A DNA stretch of 61,233 bases, taken from contig JBNGIO010006382.1 in assembly GCA_049999805.1 (NCBI GenBank), positions 1 through 61,233 of the forward strand, read 5' to 3'. The stretch is from Folioceros fuciformis (Eukaryota). This document shows positions 12,174 to 24,510 of this stretch, in pieces. The notes beneath the pieces were generated by a model that ran no database searches, was not told where the DNA came from, and was given only the letters and a program-made list of their open reading frames with translations. A program made the translations under genes and the position numbers. The first letter of the stretch is position 1. Each line of letters starts with the position of its first letter.

Positions 12174-12712
12174 CGCACGCAAATGAGTTGGTGGGCATAT
12201 GCTTATACTCTCATGGCACAGGCGAAAGCTTGAGGCTAGCTAGCTTGGAGTAGATCGTGCATAGCGCTATGTTGACAATATTCTCTGCTTGCACAACTTG
12301 TTTTCTTGCATCGACATTGTCACATGTTTTGTGAACTCGTTTGCAGAGATGCATAAGACATCAGCTTGTCTCTTTGTACCACAACTTCCATCCGGTAGAG
12401 AAGCTGTTTTGCAGAATATGGAACTTGTGGACTGATCTTCGTGACAACTCTCCTCTGGAGCTCATGTCCGAAGAGTGTCCCAGTTTAGTTTATGTAAGAC
12501 ATATTGGGAGTTTGCACGAATCCGTTGAACATGCTCTTTGTATTATTACACTTGTATCTGGCCAAGTCTACATAGTCCTTGGTGGCGTGAAATTACGCTA
12601 GCCTTGCGTGAACGTGTTCAAGTTTGTAGGACACTTCATGCGTGCTATCTATATATGCAATGCAATTGACGGCCGTTGGTTTACGTTCTGTGCAAATTCG
12701 TATCGCCGGCTG

Positions 12713-14243
12713 ATGGCGGCGAAAGCCAGTCCCGGGGCAGAGGGACCTCGGAAACAGACTGTCGCAGCAGCCGGTACCAATGGTCACAAGGATCGAAAGC
12801 GGAAGGCGCAGAAGGAAGCTTTCGTCTTTGGCAATTACACCCGGTACTACGGCTATCGGGTGCGCGTCTTCTCTGCGCTGCATCATTTGACTCCCGCTGT
12901 TGCTGTTGCGGAGTTTGAAGCTCCCAGCCACACAAGAAAATTGGAACGCTTGCTAGGCTTGTTGCGGGCTGAATTTGGCTTTGTTGGATACGTTCTCGTG
13001 TGTGTTCAGATTGGGGAGCTCCTTGATGAAGATCCGCGACTGAAGGTGTTGAGGAAGGAATGGTTCGAAGGGAAGGCTTGTTTGGATATTGGCTGCAACG
13101 AGGGTTACGTGACAATTACGATAGGTGTGAGGGCTACTTCCTGGCTCTCTTGGTGGAAAGTGTCATGGCACGTCCTTGGAACGTCGTTCTGAATGCCGTG
13201 GTGGTGTTTTCAGCGCAGAAGTTTGGATGTAAGAGCATTTTGGGAGTGGATATAGATGCCGGTAAGGCTGCTGTTTGCCTAACCTTCCATAAGAGTTCGG
13301 TCTTGCTACCGTCTTCTCATGCCTTTTCGTGTTGTGAAATGTAGCGTTGGTATGTAAAGCCCGTCGACATCTTAAGAACGAGGTTGAGGGAGATGCTGCA
13401 ACGGACTGTGGTGTTTCGGACCCAAGGCCGACTGGAGAGGAGCCGGAGCACATCAAAGATAGGGTTGAGAGGGGTACCGGTACGCGGACTGCATCAAGCG
13501 CTGCTCTGAGGGGAGAGCTGTTGGCCCAAGCAGTTTCATTCAGACGAGAGAACTTCATTGAGGCTCCGGTGCATGAAAGCCTGTATGACACTGTTTTGTG
13601 GTGAGCTCCGACGCCAACCTGGGCTTGTGTTGGATGTTAAGTTCGTCTTCACTTCGAAGGGAATGCGGTTGTTGTTCTTTCTGTCTGCGACATTTCTCTG
13701 ATTGTCAGTACGCCTCGTGATGGGACGAATTGCAGCTTGAGCGTGACCAAATGGATCCACTTAAATTGGGGCGACGACGGTCTCGTAAAGTTTTTTGCCA
13801 AAATTTTCCGCATACTTCGGCCGGTATTTTTCATCTGTCAATGTGCTGTTTTACCAAATTAATATTACGTCCAGAGCTTTCTCTTTCTCTGAACCTCGCG
13901 TTGTGAACTCATCGTTTGCAGGGGGGCATGCTGGTGGTAGAACCACAACCATGGTCATCATACGTCAAAAAAAGGCGTGTATCTGAGGTTTGCAAGAAGA
14001 ATTTCAAAGAGATCAAACTCAGGCCCGACAACTTCCCAGAGCTTCTGATTGATAAGGTTTGCACTCACGTAAACCAGATAGCTCTGGTGGTTGTCCCTCG
14101 TTTTTCTCTCTTTGCTGCCTGCCCCGGAAATTGAATCTTCTCTCGTCGCACAGATTGGATTCAAGTCTTACGAGCAAATAGCGTCGGAGGTGAAGGATAG
14201 CATAGCAGGATTTAACCGTCCCCTCTTCGTTTACTACAAGTGA
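12713..14243 (+). CDS. Bin3/MePCE-family RNA methyltransferase, ~7 exons
   Basis: FGNYTRYYGYR, DPRLKVL..EWF, LDIGCNEG, GVDID, LCLSVTKWIHLNWGDDG, EPQPWSSY and GFNRP motifs across exons. Confidence 0.92.
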
Positions 14244-15165
14244 AACTGCCGTTGGAAGTGAGCGCGCTTGGCACAACAAGGGTTTTTCTGGGCGGAAGGC
14301 GTCTGTCGTTTTCGAGGCCCGACGGTTTTGCTGCCCTTGTCTGCCTCCCTCTTTTGAACCACGCTTTTTTGTTTGTCTAGAAGGCACTTTATTTTGGTGC
14401 TGAAACACCCTTGTGTGTGGCTCTAAGGTCGGCACGGAGATTATGAAGCAGCTGCACCAAGAAAATGCTCAACGGATAATTGAGTCGGCCAGTGCGGAAT
14501 GTGGGGATCGTTGATACGTCGATTATGCAGGAATGTTGAAGGATAGTGGATTAGTCTCAAAAACTTAGGGGAACGTGGTGTCGGTAAATGAGTCCACGTT
14601 ATGTAGCTGCGGCACTCTCACTCCAATTTTCCGTGTCAGCTGTCGGGATCCGCTTGTGACGAAATGTTGACAATTGGATCGACTCATCCAGACAAAACTC
14701 GTTGTTTGTCCCGTGTGTAAGTCTCCCTTGATTTGGAATAGCTTCTCAGGTGGGCACTCCGCCTTTCACCCCCAACTGGCTTCAGGATCTCCGGAAACCA
14801 CGAAGTCCAAAAAGGGCGGTGCTGAGCCAGCTGCCGGTTCGTGTAATGCTTTTAGTGTCCTGTTCAGCCGCTTGCGTTCTACCTGTTCCTTTCCCCTTTT
14901 GCTGATCAGATGGACATTCTCTTAGACAGCAGACTACAGCGGATGCCTGCACATTGTTCTTGAAACGCCTGCAGCTAACAATCCAATGCACAGTATCCAG
15001 AGTTAGGCACTTACCAACTGATGGATTAGAAGCAAGCATGCTTGAAATCAGTGCACACGCAGGCTCACACAGCATCGTACAGCTACTGCATCGCTTTGCA
15101 AAGCTCCATTCCAATCGTGTTCTGTGATAAGGTCGTTGGCTGTAAGCAGATTGAAATCCAGTTCC

Positions 15166-17959
15166 ATGGATTCTCCCTTGCAGCTTGAAATGCCGAGCGG
15201 CTCGGTTGCAGGAAAGCTGGTTGCAACTGGCGCTCACTTGGCTTGGAGAAATCTGAAAGTCACAATTCGAGGGTCAACTGGAGGTGAAGACGGAGGCGCC
15301 ACGCTGCTGGAAGGTCTGACCGGCTACGCAGAGCCCGGCAGCATCACGGCTATCATGGGTCCTTCAGGCTCCGGCAAATCCACTCTGCTTGACACTCTTG
15401 CAGGTATTTCTCCATGTGTCACTGCATGCGCACACAAATCCAATATCAACTGCGACTGGGTGGAAGGCTAATTCGGCAATCAGGGAGACTGTCCAAACAT
15501 GCCAGAAGGACAGGAGACATTTTCCTAAACGGCCATCGCCAACAGCTGAGCTATGGTGTAGCTGTAAGCCTGCTGCTTGCCTTGCATTGATGCAAATTGG
15601 AGAACGTGGCTCAAAATGTCTCATGCCTCCTGCTCTGCTGCTGGATTGCAGGCTTATGTGACTCAAGACGACAATTTACTGGGGACATTGACTGTTCACG
15701 AGACTGTCACCTTTTCGGCGTTCTTTCGCCTTGCTGATAGCTTGCCAAGAGAAGAAAAGATGGAAATAGTGGACAACACCATCCGAGAGATGGGACTACG
15801 AGACGCTGCTCACACCACCGTTGGCAACTGGCACTTGAAAGGCCTGAGTGGAGGGGAAAGAAGACGACTCAGCATTGCTGTGGAGCTTCTCACTAAGCCT
15901 CGCTTGCTGTTTCTGGATGAGCCTACCAGTGGCTTGGACAGGTACCATTGTGGTAGCCACCATGCGTCTTCAGACTTCTCGTACCACAACATATTTGAAG
16001 TTTTGTTGTGGCCATGCCAGTGCTGCAGCCTTCTATGTGATGACTACACTGAAGAACTTGGCTGTCGAGGGTCGCACCATCATTAGCTCCATCCATCAGC
16101 CCAGCAGCGAGGTGTACGAGGTTTTTGACAACCTTATTCTTCTGTCTGGGGGAAGAACGGTCTACTTCGGTTCTCCTTTCGAGGCTCATGAGGTCATACT
16201 CCAGGCCTGCCTTCCTTCATTTGCATATATTACATGTGAGGATTAGCAGGATGATTGATCCGCCTCGTAGTCCCACCAGCACTTCGTGAATGCTGGCATG
16301 CCATGCCCACCATGGCGAAATCCGGCCGACCATTTCCTCCGCGCCATCAATAAAGACTTCGACGCAGTTCCTGCACATGCGCGAAAATTCAAGGTGAGTA
16401 TATTGCTGAACTGCTGATTTAAGGGTCTGTTTGATATCAAGAATAAATGACGACTTAAGACATGGCTCGGCAGGAGGATGTCGAGGAAGCTGATTCCCAG
16501 CGTGCAATGCCGACACCAGATCGTGTGAAACATCTCGTGCAGCTGTACCAGACGTCGGGATTTGCAATCAGGGCTAACATCAAGGCCCTAGAGATCTCCA
16601 AGATGGTGATCCACGCACGTAACTCTTTCCTGCAGGCTGCTTGGATGATTTACTCCCATCATCTAATTCTCAGCTATATGTCTTATGTGTCTGCGGTCCA
16701 CGCATGATTTTTTAAACCAGAGATCCTGGCACTGGTGCCGCAGGAAGGCCCTTTTCTTGAGTCTTCCGGCTCAGAAGCAAGTACGTTGAATCAGACATTC
16801 ACACTCACAGGCAGGTCCTTCATCAACATGTGGAGAGACCTTGGGTACTACTGGCTCCGCTTGCTGTTGTACGTCATCTTATGCATTTCTGTGGGATCCG
16901 TCTTCTTCCAACTCGGCACCACCTACTCCGCCATCCAGGTAGGCTGCAGGTTGTGTTCACGACAGTAACAATCTCCCCAGCGTTGCAGACGTTAAGCTCA
17001 AGTGGCTACACGATACTTGCAGGCAAGAGCGTCCTGCATGGTTTTCATCGTGAGCTTCCTAGCATTCATGGCGGTTGGGGGCTTCCCTTCCTTCATCGAG
17101 GAAATGAAGGTAGGCTCTGCAGTGTGCATGTCCTAGACTCCTGTGACACGCAACATGAGTAGGCTTACATGTCCTTCAATCAGAGTCCTGCATGCAGGTA
17201 TTCAGTCGCGAGCGGCTCAACGGGCACTATGGAGTGGGAGCTTTTCTCATCAGCAACACGCTCTCCTCCCTACCATTCCTAGTCATAATCTCTTGTGTTT
17301 CTGGGGCATCGTTGTACTTCTTAACAGGCCTACATCAGGGCTCCTCTCACTTCATCTACTTTGTCTTGGTTATCCTCATCACCGTTTGTGTCGTCGAGTC
17401 CATGATGATGGCAATAGCAACTCTCGTGCCAAACTTCCTCATGGGAATAATCATAGCAGCTGCAATCCAGGTTTGTTGCTACGTACTTGCAGTTGGACTC
17501 CAGTGAAAATTAGGATTTGCTCTGTTCCTGAAAATTGCAATGTTCCCAGTCTGTGTTCATTATGGATGGTGGCTTCTTCCGGTTGTATGACGATCTACCG
17601 AGGCCAGTCTGGAAGTACCCCGTCTATTACTTGAGTTTCCACTCCTACGCATATCAGGTACCTAAGTTTGGGCTCGAGAAGTAGTCGGCTTGGCACGGAA
17701 GATTGACATACCTGCTGTCCTGTCACAGGGATTGTTCCAAAACGATTTTGGGGGGTTAACTTTCAGTTCATTGGAGCAAGGGGTAATCACAGGGGAGGAG
17801 ATTCTGCGAGAAAGTTTCCAAATGCACTCCACGAGAAGCAAATGGGTGAATCTCGCAATTCTGCTTGTTCACGCTTTGGCGTATCGAACGCTCTTCTTCC
17901 TCTTTATCAAGCTACGGGAGAAGCTGGGCCCGGGTGTTGAAGGACTACAAAAGAGATAA
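15166..17959 (+). CDS. ABCG (WBC) half-size transporter, ABCG11-like, multi-exon
   Basis: Walker [63 protein letters not shown] and ERLNGHYG. Confidence 0.93.
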
Positions 17960-18130
17960 TGTGAACATGCCGCAAGTGAAGTGGCTAAAATCAGTACGCA
18001 GCAAGCGAAAGTCTTCAAGGATTCTATATGTGCACTCGAACCAGGGGTCGATACGTATACCTCAAGAACCTTAAAGCTGGCGTGAGTGTTACTGAAGGGA
18101 CAAGCTAACAGAGCAGGTGAAGCTTCTTCA

Positions 18131-18585
18131 CCTGTTCTGCTTGTCCGTGATGTCAAGCAGTCTACTTGAGGGTGGCGTCCCTCTCATCCACCGTGATGGA
18201 GAAGGTAGTCCAGTCCACAACATAACTGAGGACAGCGAAAAGTTATGTATTACAGTCACTGGTACGCAGTCGTGGTACATGGCCTCGGCCGGCAGTTCAC
18301 AACGTATCCCATGGCGCAGATGAAAGAATTGGTGGAGTTCATCTGTTGGACATAAAGATACCTGGTGCTTACTGACACGGGGAAGAACCTCGTCGAGTTC
18401 TCCTAGCGTCCGGATGGAGAACAGTATGAACTCTGCTTTGCACATACATGGACCAGCGGAGAATGTTGGGACGAATGGGAACTGGGTCTGCCCCATCCAA
18501 GCTTGGATTTGGGCACCATTTTTAGCGCTCGTGACTGGTCGTTCGGTAAAAAAGACGTGTTCGTACACCATAAACTCTGGCAAAC
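18131..18585 (-). pseudogene. Decayed fragment of a GT47/exostosin gene, paralogous to ~44155-44634
   Basis: The reverse complement aligns by eye to the GT47 CDS (e.g. ccaagcttgga, gcagagttc, cgaggttcttccccg, tgcgccatgggatacg, ccttctccatcacggtggatga), with indels. Confidence 0.85.
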
Positions 18586-18621
18586 TGCTTTGTTTGATAG
18601 CTTAACAGCAAGACAGGAGAA

Positions 18622-20802
18622 CTAAGTACAGATGCCTGATGAGTCCAGATATGGCTCATACCCACCTTTCTTAAGTTGGGATAAAAGGTGCCCAAGCATT
18701 ACATATATGTGTTGAATTTCAGGATGATTCTCATCCCCAACTAAGAAACTGTGGACTAGTCCATCCATGTCTGCCCACCAGCTTTTGCCTGGATCCTTCC
18801 AGGCCCCAATCCCCTCTCGTCGTACGTGAAGCTTCTCTGCCTGCTCCCACATCTGGGAACCAGTGTAAATGTTTCTCATCAACACATATGCTGCGGCATC
18901 TTTGTTGTTAAGCTTCACTGCCTCATCAAAAGCATGACGTCCAATGTCCACGTTGCTCCACTTTCGACAAGCATTCAGTAGAGTGTGCCACATTGTAGCA
19001 TCAGGAGGTACAGGCATTGTGCTTATTAAAGCTAGTGCCTCGTCCAGGTGGCCTGCACGACCCAGGAGATCCACCATGCATGTGTAATGGTCAGCCGTCG
19101 GAGTGATGCCATACCATCTGCTCATTGACTCAAAGAGCTCTCGCCCCTTGCTCACTAAACCGGTATGGCTGCAGACTGTTAGCACACTAAGGAGAGTCAT
19201 GCCATCTGGTTGGATGCCACTCTCTCGCATTCTGAGAACCAAGTTGAAGACCTCATCACTGTCTCCTTGACGGCTGTATCCTGCAATCAATGCACTCCAG
19301 CTGACAACATCTTTGTTTGGTAAGGCATCAAACACCTGCTGTGCATCAACCATACTCCCCGCCTTTGCATACATGCTTATCAGGCTGTTGGCTACAGCTG
19401 CATCAGATTGAAGCCCCTGGTCTTCTATCTGTGCATGAAGCTGCCTTCCCACATGCAAAGCTGACACACCTGCACATGCCTGAAGAAGGCAGACAAATGT
19501 AACAACATTGGGTGCAACACTGCCGTCTACTCTCATTGCCCTGTAAAGTTGAAGGGCTTCCTGCCCCATGCCATGCTGGGAATACCCTGCGATCATGGCA
19601 CTCCAAGTCACCACGTTCTTTTGACCAAGTCCGTCAAAGATGCCTCGAGCATCCTCGAGGCTGCCACACTTGGCATACATGCTCACCAAACTGCTGGCTA
19701 CAAACACATTACCTTGGAGTCCTAGTACACTGATTTGTGCATGGAGCTGTCTCCCCATCTCCAAAGCTGGGTTCCCCACACTCGCACATGCCTGCAAGAG
19801 GCACACAAATGTTACAGAATCCAGCGCAATGATGCCTTCTTCTTGCATAGCTCTGTAGACAAAAAGGGCCCTGTGCCCCATGTTCTGCTGGGCATATCCT
19901 GCTATCATGACGCTCCAAGTCACCAAATCCTTTTCATGAAGCCCGTCAAACACTCTTTGAGCGTCTTCCAAGCTTCCACATTTAGCGTACATGTCAACCA
20001 AGCAACTGGAGACAAATAAATCGCCCTCAACGCCACTTGCCAACACATCAGCGTGCACCTGCTGCCCAGAATTCAAGTCCTCTACCCCGGCACAGGCCTG
20101 AAGAGCTGCCACAAACACATGCCCGTCCGGCTTCACACTTGACCTGCGCATTCGATGATATAGCTCTACGGCCTGTTTGTCTTCCCCGTGTTTCACGTGA
20201 GCAGAGATTATAGCAGACCAAGTGAACGCATCCGGTTTGGCAACCACTACAAACAAACCCATCGCGTCGTGCAAACTGGCAAGAGAAGCATACATTCGCA
20301 ACATGTGGTTGCAAAGGAAAGTATCAGACTCATACCCCCTCTTCACCGTGAGAGCATGGACACGCCGACCCATAACCAAATCCTTCTTAACCATACATTC
20401 TTTAAGGACAGAGTAGAAGAGAGAGCGGGATACACCACAGCCAGTTTGCACCAGAACGCCAAGGGCCTCAACAGCCTCAGTGTACTGACCTTGCTGACAT
20501 AGTTCATTCACGATCTCAGCAGATACGTCCATTTCATGTCCAGCAGGCGGACCCCGTTGCACATCCAGAGCAAAGCAATCCGATGCCACCTGGGTGGGCC
20601 ACCGTGTGACTGAATTGCGATGGACCAGGCAGCCATGATTGGCATAAGCGTGCACTGAACCTATCGAAGGTTCAAGCCTGGACCCAATGCCCAACTCCAG
20701 ACCTGAAGATGGAGTACTGCGCAAATGACTCTTACCTAGTCCGTTTGCCCCGCTACACACAATATCGGCACCAAGTTTTAAGCAAGCATGGCTCACGGCC
20801 AT
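18622..20802 (-). CDS. PLS-class PPR (E/E+, SWW type), single exon
   Basis: Intact ~726-aa ORF with P-L-S repeats, HYTCMVDLLGRAG and KDPGKSWWADMDGLVHSF. It ends just after GYEP, so no DYW catalytic core is present. Confidence 0.92.
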   Translation of the reverse strand: MAVSHACLKLGADIVCSGANGLGKSHLRSTPSSGLELGIGSRLEPSIGSVHAYANHGCLVHRNSVTRWPTQVASDCFALDVQRGPPAGHEMDVSAEIVNELCQQGQYTEAVEALGVLVQTGCGVSRSLFYSVLKECMVKKDLVMGRRVHALTVKRGYESDTFLCNHMLRMYASLASLHDAMGLFVVVAKPDAFTWSAIISAHVKHGEDKQAVELYHRMRRSSVKPDGHVFVAALQACAGVEDLNSGQQVHADVLASGVEGDLFVSSCLVDMYAKCGSLEDAQRVFDGLHEKDLVTWSVMIAGYAQQNMGHRALFVYRAMQEEGIIALDSVTFVCLLQACASVGNPALEMGRQLHAQISVLGLQGNVFVASSLVSMYAKCGSLEDARGIFDGLGQKNVVTWSAMIAGYSQHGMGQEALQLYRAMRVDGSVAPNVVTFVCLLQACAGVSALHVGRQLHAQIEDQGLQSDAAVANSLISMYAKAGSMVDAQQVFDALPNKDVVSWSALIAGYSRQGDSDEVFNLVLRMRESGIQPDGMTLLSVLTVCSHTGLVSKGRELFESMSRWYGITPTADHYTCMVDLLGRAGHLDEALALISTMPVPPDATMWHTLLNACRKWSNVDIGRHAFDEAVKLNNKDAAAYVLMRNIYTGSQMWEQAEKLHVRREGIGAWKDPGKSWWADMDGLVHSFLVGDENHPEIQHIYVMLGHLLSQLKKGGYEPYLDSSGICT

Positions 20803-22479
20803 GTACAATCAATTACACTGGTACATTAAACAATCACAGGGGATGTGACACTGGTCAGTGCCATATACAGCCCGCCATCCTCATCCGTGTACATATATTT
20901 GGGTAGAGTCTGCAACTTGCTTCCTTAAAGATAAAGAGAACGACAAGCAAGATGCTTGGTTCCGTAATCACAGAGAATTTGTTTACACAGATTTGCAAAA
21001 GTTTACGAAGAGAACGCATTTTATCCAAGAAGCAGTAATTCAGCCTGAAGGCCCAAAACAGTCGCTGAAGCACTTGGTATGGGTTAGAGAGAGTTTAGTG
21101 ATCTGCAGCGACTGAGCGCTCTCTGGTTGATGTCAGACAACCTTCACGATAGGTGACAGTCCACCTACTTTGATCCATCGTTGGGCATAACGTGACCCGC
21201 CCAAGTCAAGGGGGAATTGGCGTGATGGGGGAGTGGGAGGTGTTGAATCACTGTTTCGCCTATCAGGCAGTGACAACATATGCGGATATGTTCCACCGTG
21301 TCACAATCTTCTGAAGGCTTCTATGCTTGAGCTGCCAATGTCAACAGGACCCGTTCATGCACCAGGCATGCCACTCCGTCATTACATACCTACCCTTACT
21401 TCTCAGAGATGCACATTCCAGACTCCGGAACTCCTGTTCTCTTGGAATGCTGAAAGCATTCCACTCCTGCTCTGCGTCTTCAGAAAGTAAGTGGCTGCTC
21501 AGCAAGCCTTGACCCTGCGTACTGTGTCTGTGGCTTTTGATTACGAAAATGGTTCATATGGCAGTGGATGTATCGGACTTGATTTTCGCGGAGGAGAGCA
21601 TCACTCTCAATGGCAGAGTCACCTCCCCTTCAGACTCCTCCAAGACCCTGTTCCTCGCTGGTCATGGTATGCATAGAATTGTCCATGAAATGTATGAACT
21701 GAAAAGGTCTGCATCGTCAGTAACTCATTCAACGCATCCGGAGTGTCATCCTCGCAGGCTTTCAACTGAAGGTGAAAGACAACGTGGAAGCGAAAGTTGC
21801 CCGCTTCGCAATCTACCTGGAGCGAGAAGTCACATCCCATCGTCAAGATTGAAAGGGGAAGTCCGCTGAGGAGCTCAGTCGAGACCCTGCCTTCTTTACA
21901 GCTTTGATCAAAGGTTAGTGAACGTGATATGACTTACATGCCAGCCAAATTGCTTGAAACTGAATGTCTCCTCCATGATTTTACAACCCCCGTCGAGAAA
22001 TTCGTAAAAGTGTTCTTGCTTGTGGGTCCACTCACGGGGGCTCAATACGGAGCCCAGGTTGAGGCCGTTGTCAAAGAGCGCCTCATCAAAGATAAACAAG
22101 CTTGGTGAGGCAGAAGAGAGGGGACTGAAGGAGCTCGCTCACTTCTTCCAATCCATCAACCAGTTGGAGTCAACAGTGTTCTACACAGTGTCCTCCCCTT
22201 CGATTGTGAAGCTCACGGTGAGACAGGAGGAGCTGAGACTGATGCCACAGACCTTGCAGGTACCCAGATTGCTGCTCCTGACACAAGCTGGATGTAATGT
22301 GGTGTCACAGGTGCACGTGGATGGCACAGAGGTGGTGCACATCATCTCGGGCGAGACCACTGTGTCGGCTCTGCTGGACACAGTTTTGGGCCAGAACACC
22401 CTCAGTCCTTCCACAGTTGCTTCCCTTGTCCAGGGCATCAGTTCTTGGCTTCACTAGCCAACAGACATGAATATAAGAG

Positions 22480-24510
22480 TCACATGCCCAGCCTAGAGGA
22501 TTCAGCTTCGACCCATGAATTCCAGCTTGTAGTACTCCCAACATACTTTTCGTCCTTAGAGTATGTGTTTCTGATAGAAAAGGCTGACGCTGCTGGATGC
22601 TGCCATTTAGCATCAGCCGAGAAGGCCTCAAAGACCTGCTCAAAAGTGATGCCATCAGGTGCTATCCAGGCACCACTCATCTGGTTCACCCAGTAAAGGG
22701 CACCTTGACTATTACCCACCTTGGCACATGCTGTGATGAGAGCATTGTAAGTTATCAGAGATGGTTTTAATCCAGCTTCCTGCATCTCACTGACCACTTT
22801 CAGACAATCCTCATACAGCCCTGAATTCCCGTGAACACATATCATGATGGTGTAGGCTACATCGTTCGGCTTCACTCCTACCTTCTTCATATGTGCCCAC
22901 AGTCGGACTGCGTTTTCGTACTGACCTGCTTTCTCGAAAGTGCAGAGAAGAGCACCATAGGATAGCACATCTGGTTTCTCCCCGTGTTGTATCATTTTTT
23001 GGAACAGACTCACTGCCGCAGAGGTTGCATTAGCCTTGGCACAGGCGATGAGAGCCGCATTCCATGCAAATCTCCCAGGGTCAAGTCCCTTTTCTAGCAT
23101 TCTGTCAAGTAATGTTAAAGACCACTTCCAAATTCTCCTCCTTCTGGCCGCATTCAGAAGGATGCGGAAGTGTGAGACCACTATTTCCCGTGTAGTTCTA
23201 TCTGGTTCAGGTCCCTGCTCAACCATTTGTTCAAAAACCTGTAGGGCTGCCCACCACTTCTTCCCCTTGCCTAAAGCCTTGATCACATGATTGCACAGGG
23301 AAATAGTGAGCGGATAACCTTTGGTACGGAGGACCAGGTACAAACGCTTCACCAGAACATGATCCAACTCCCTAGTGCCGCATCTCCACAAGAGATTGAC
23401 ACAGGTTGCCGTGTCTAGCTCTACAGATGCAGCTTCCATGCCTGCAAACAGCTTGCCGATTTCTGAAGCCTCGATTCCTTCTGCGAGCCATATCCAAATT
23501 CTTTCTGAACACAAATCCTTCATGAAAATCTCCAACTGCTGCCATTGTCTCTCCATCCTTAGTCCAACAGTCCTGCTGTCTACTTGCCCACTCTGCAATG
23601 CGTGATATGATTCAGGATGGGTCAGCTGGCTCTGCATTTGCTCATTCCTCAGATCCACGAACATTTCAAGGGCGGTGACAGCATCCCCAACTTTTGCTAG
23701 AATTCGGAACAGCATTCTGTAGGTTACGAAGGTAGGTTTTATTCCTGCCAGCTTCAAAGCTATGAACACATTGAGCGCTTCATGAAGGTTGCCCTGCTCC
23801 TCCTGCATCTTGATTACAGTATTGAAGGTAACCACATCCGGAACAACTTTCCTCTTCTCAATCTCTGAAATAACCTGGTCCATGACGTTATATCTCCGAT
23901 TCGCCTTCAAGGCCCCCAACAAGCTGTTATAGATGTACACGTTGGGTCGATCCTCCTCATTCGCGACAGGTCTGGCAATCATCCAATTCACGATCGCATG
24001 TGCTGCACAAGGATGCCCTTCCACACCCAATTTCTGAATCACGGAGGACAGTACCGGAAGAGATACCTCCAAATCCCCCAAAATGGCACCAACGTGCGAG
24101 GCATCAGTAGCTCCTCTCAACGCCCATGTGATGGCTCGTTCCAACGGCGTCGTGGCTCGACTGTTTTCGCACTTACGCTCTGTTTCAGAAGCGATGCGGC
24201 CCAGAAGAGCTTCGTGGTCTTTCCTCTTCATCCGTGCCGTCTCCTATTGCACCCATCTAAGACAATCAGCACAAAGCACATCCAAAGCAAGGAGGTTACA
24301 ACATTGCCAACAACATTGATGAAAGGTTACCTCCTGGGCAACACTTCTGGATGCAAACGTGCGCTGCATACTGTATCTCCCGGAGCACCATTGCCTTCTA
24401 TCTAGATTTCCAGCCTCGTGTCTAGCACTCCTAGGCCTCCGTGACATTTCCCACGGATAGCTGGCAGGCATTGCAGCAACGAACTCAGAGGCGGCAAAGA
24501 AACACGCCAT
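22480..24510 (-). CDS. LPE1: P-class PPR, LPE1-like (plastid); exons 24510..24331 and 24243..22480
   Basis: PNVYIYNSLLGA, CNHVIKALGKGKKWWAALQVFE and VVSHFRILLNAARRRRIWKW match my recollection of the LPE1 family. A phase-0 GT-AG intron joins an N-terminal exon. Confidence 0.8.
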
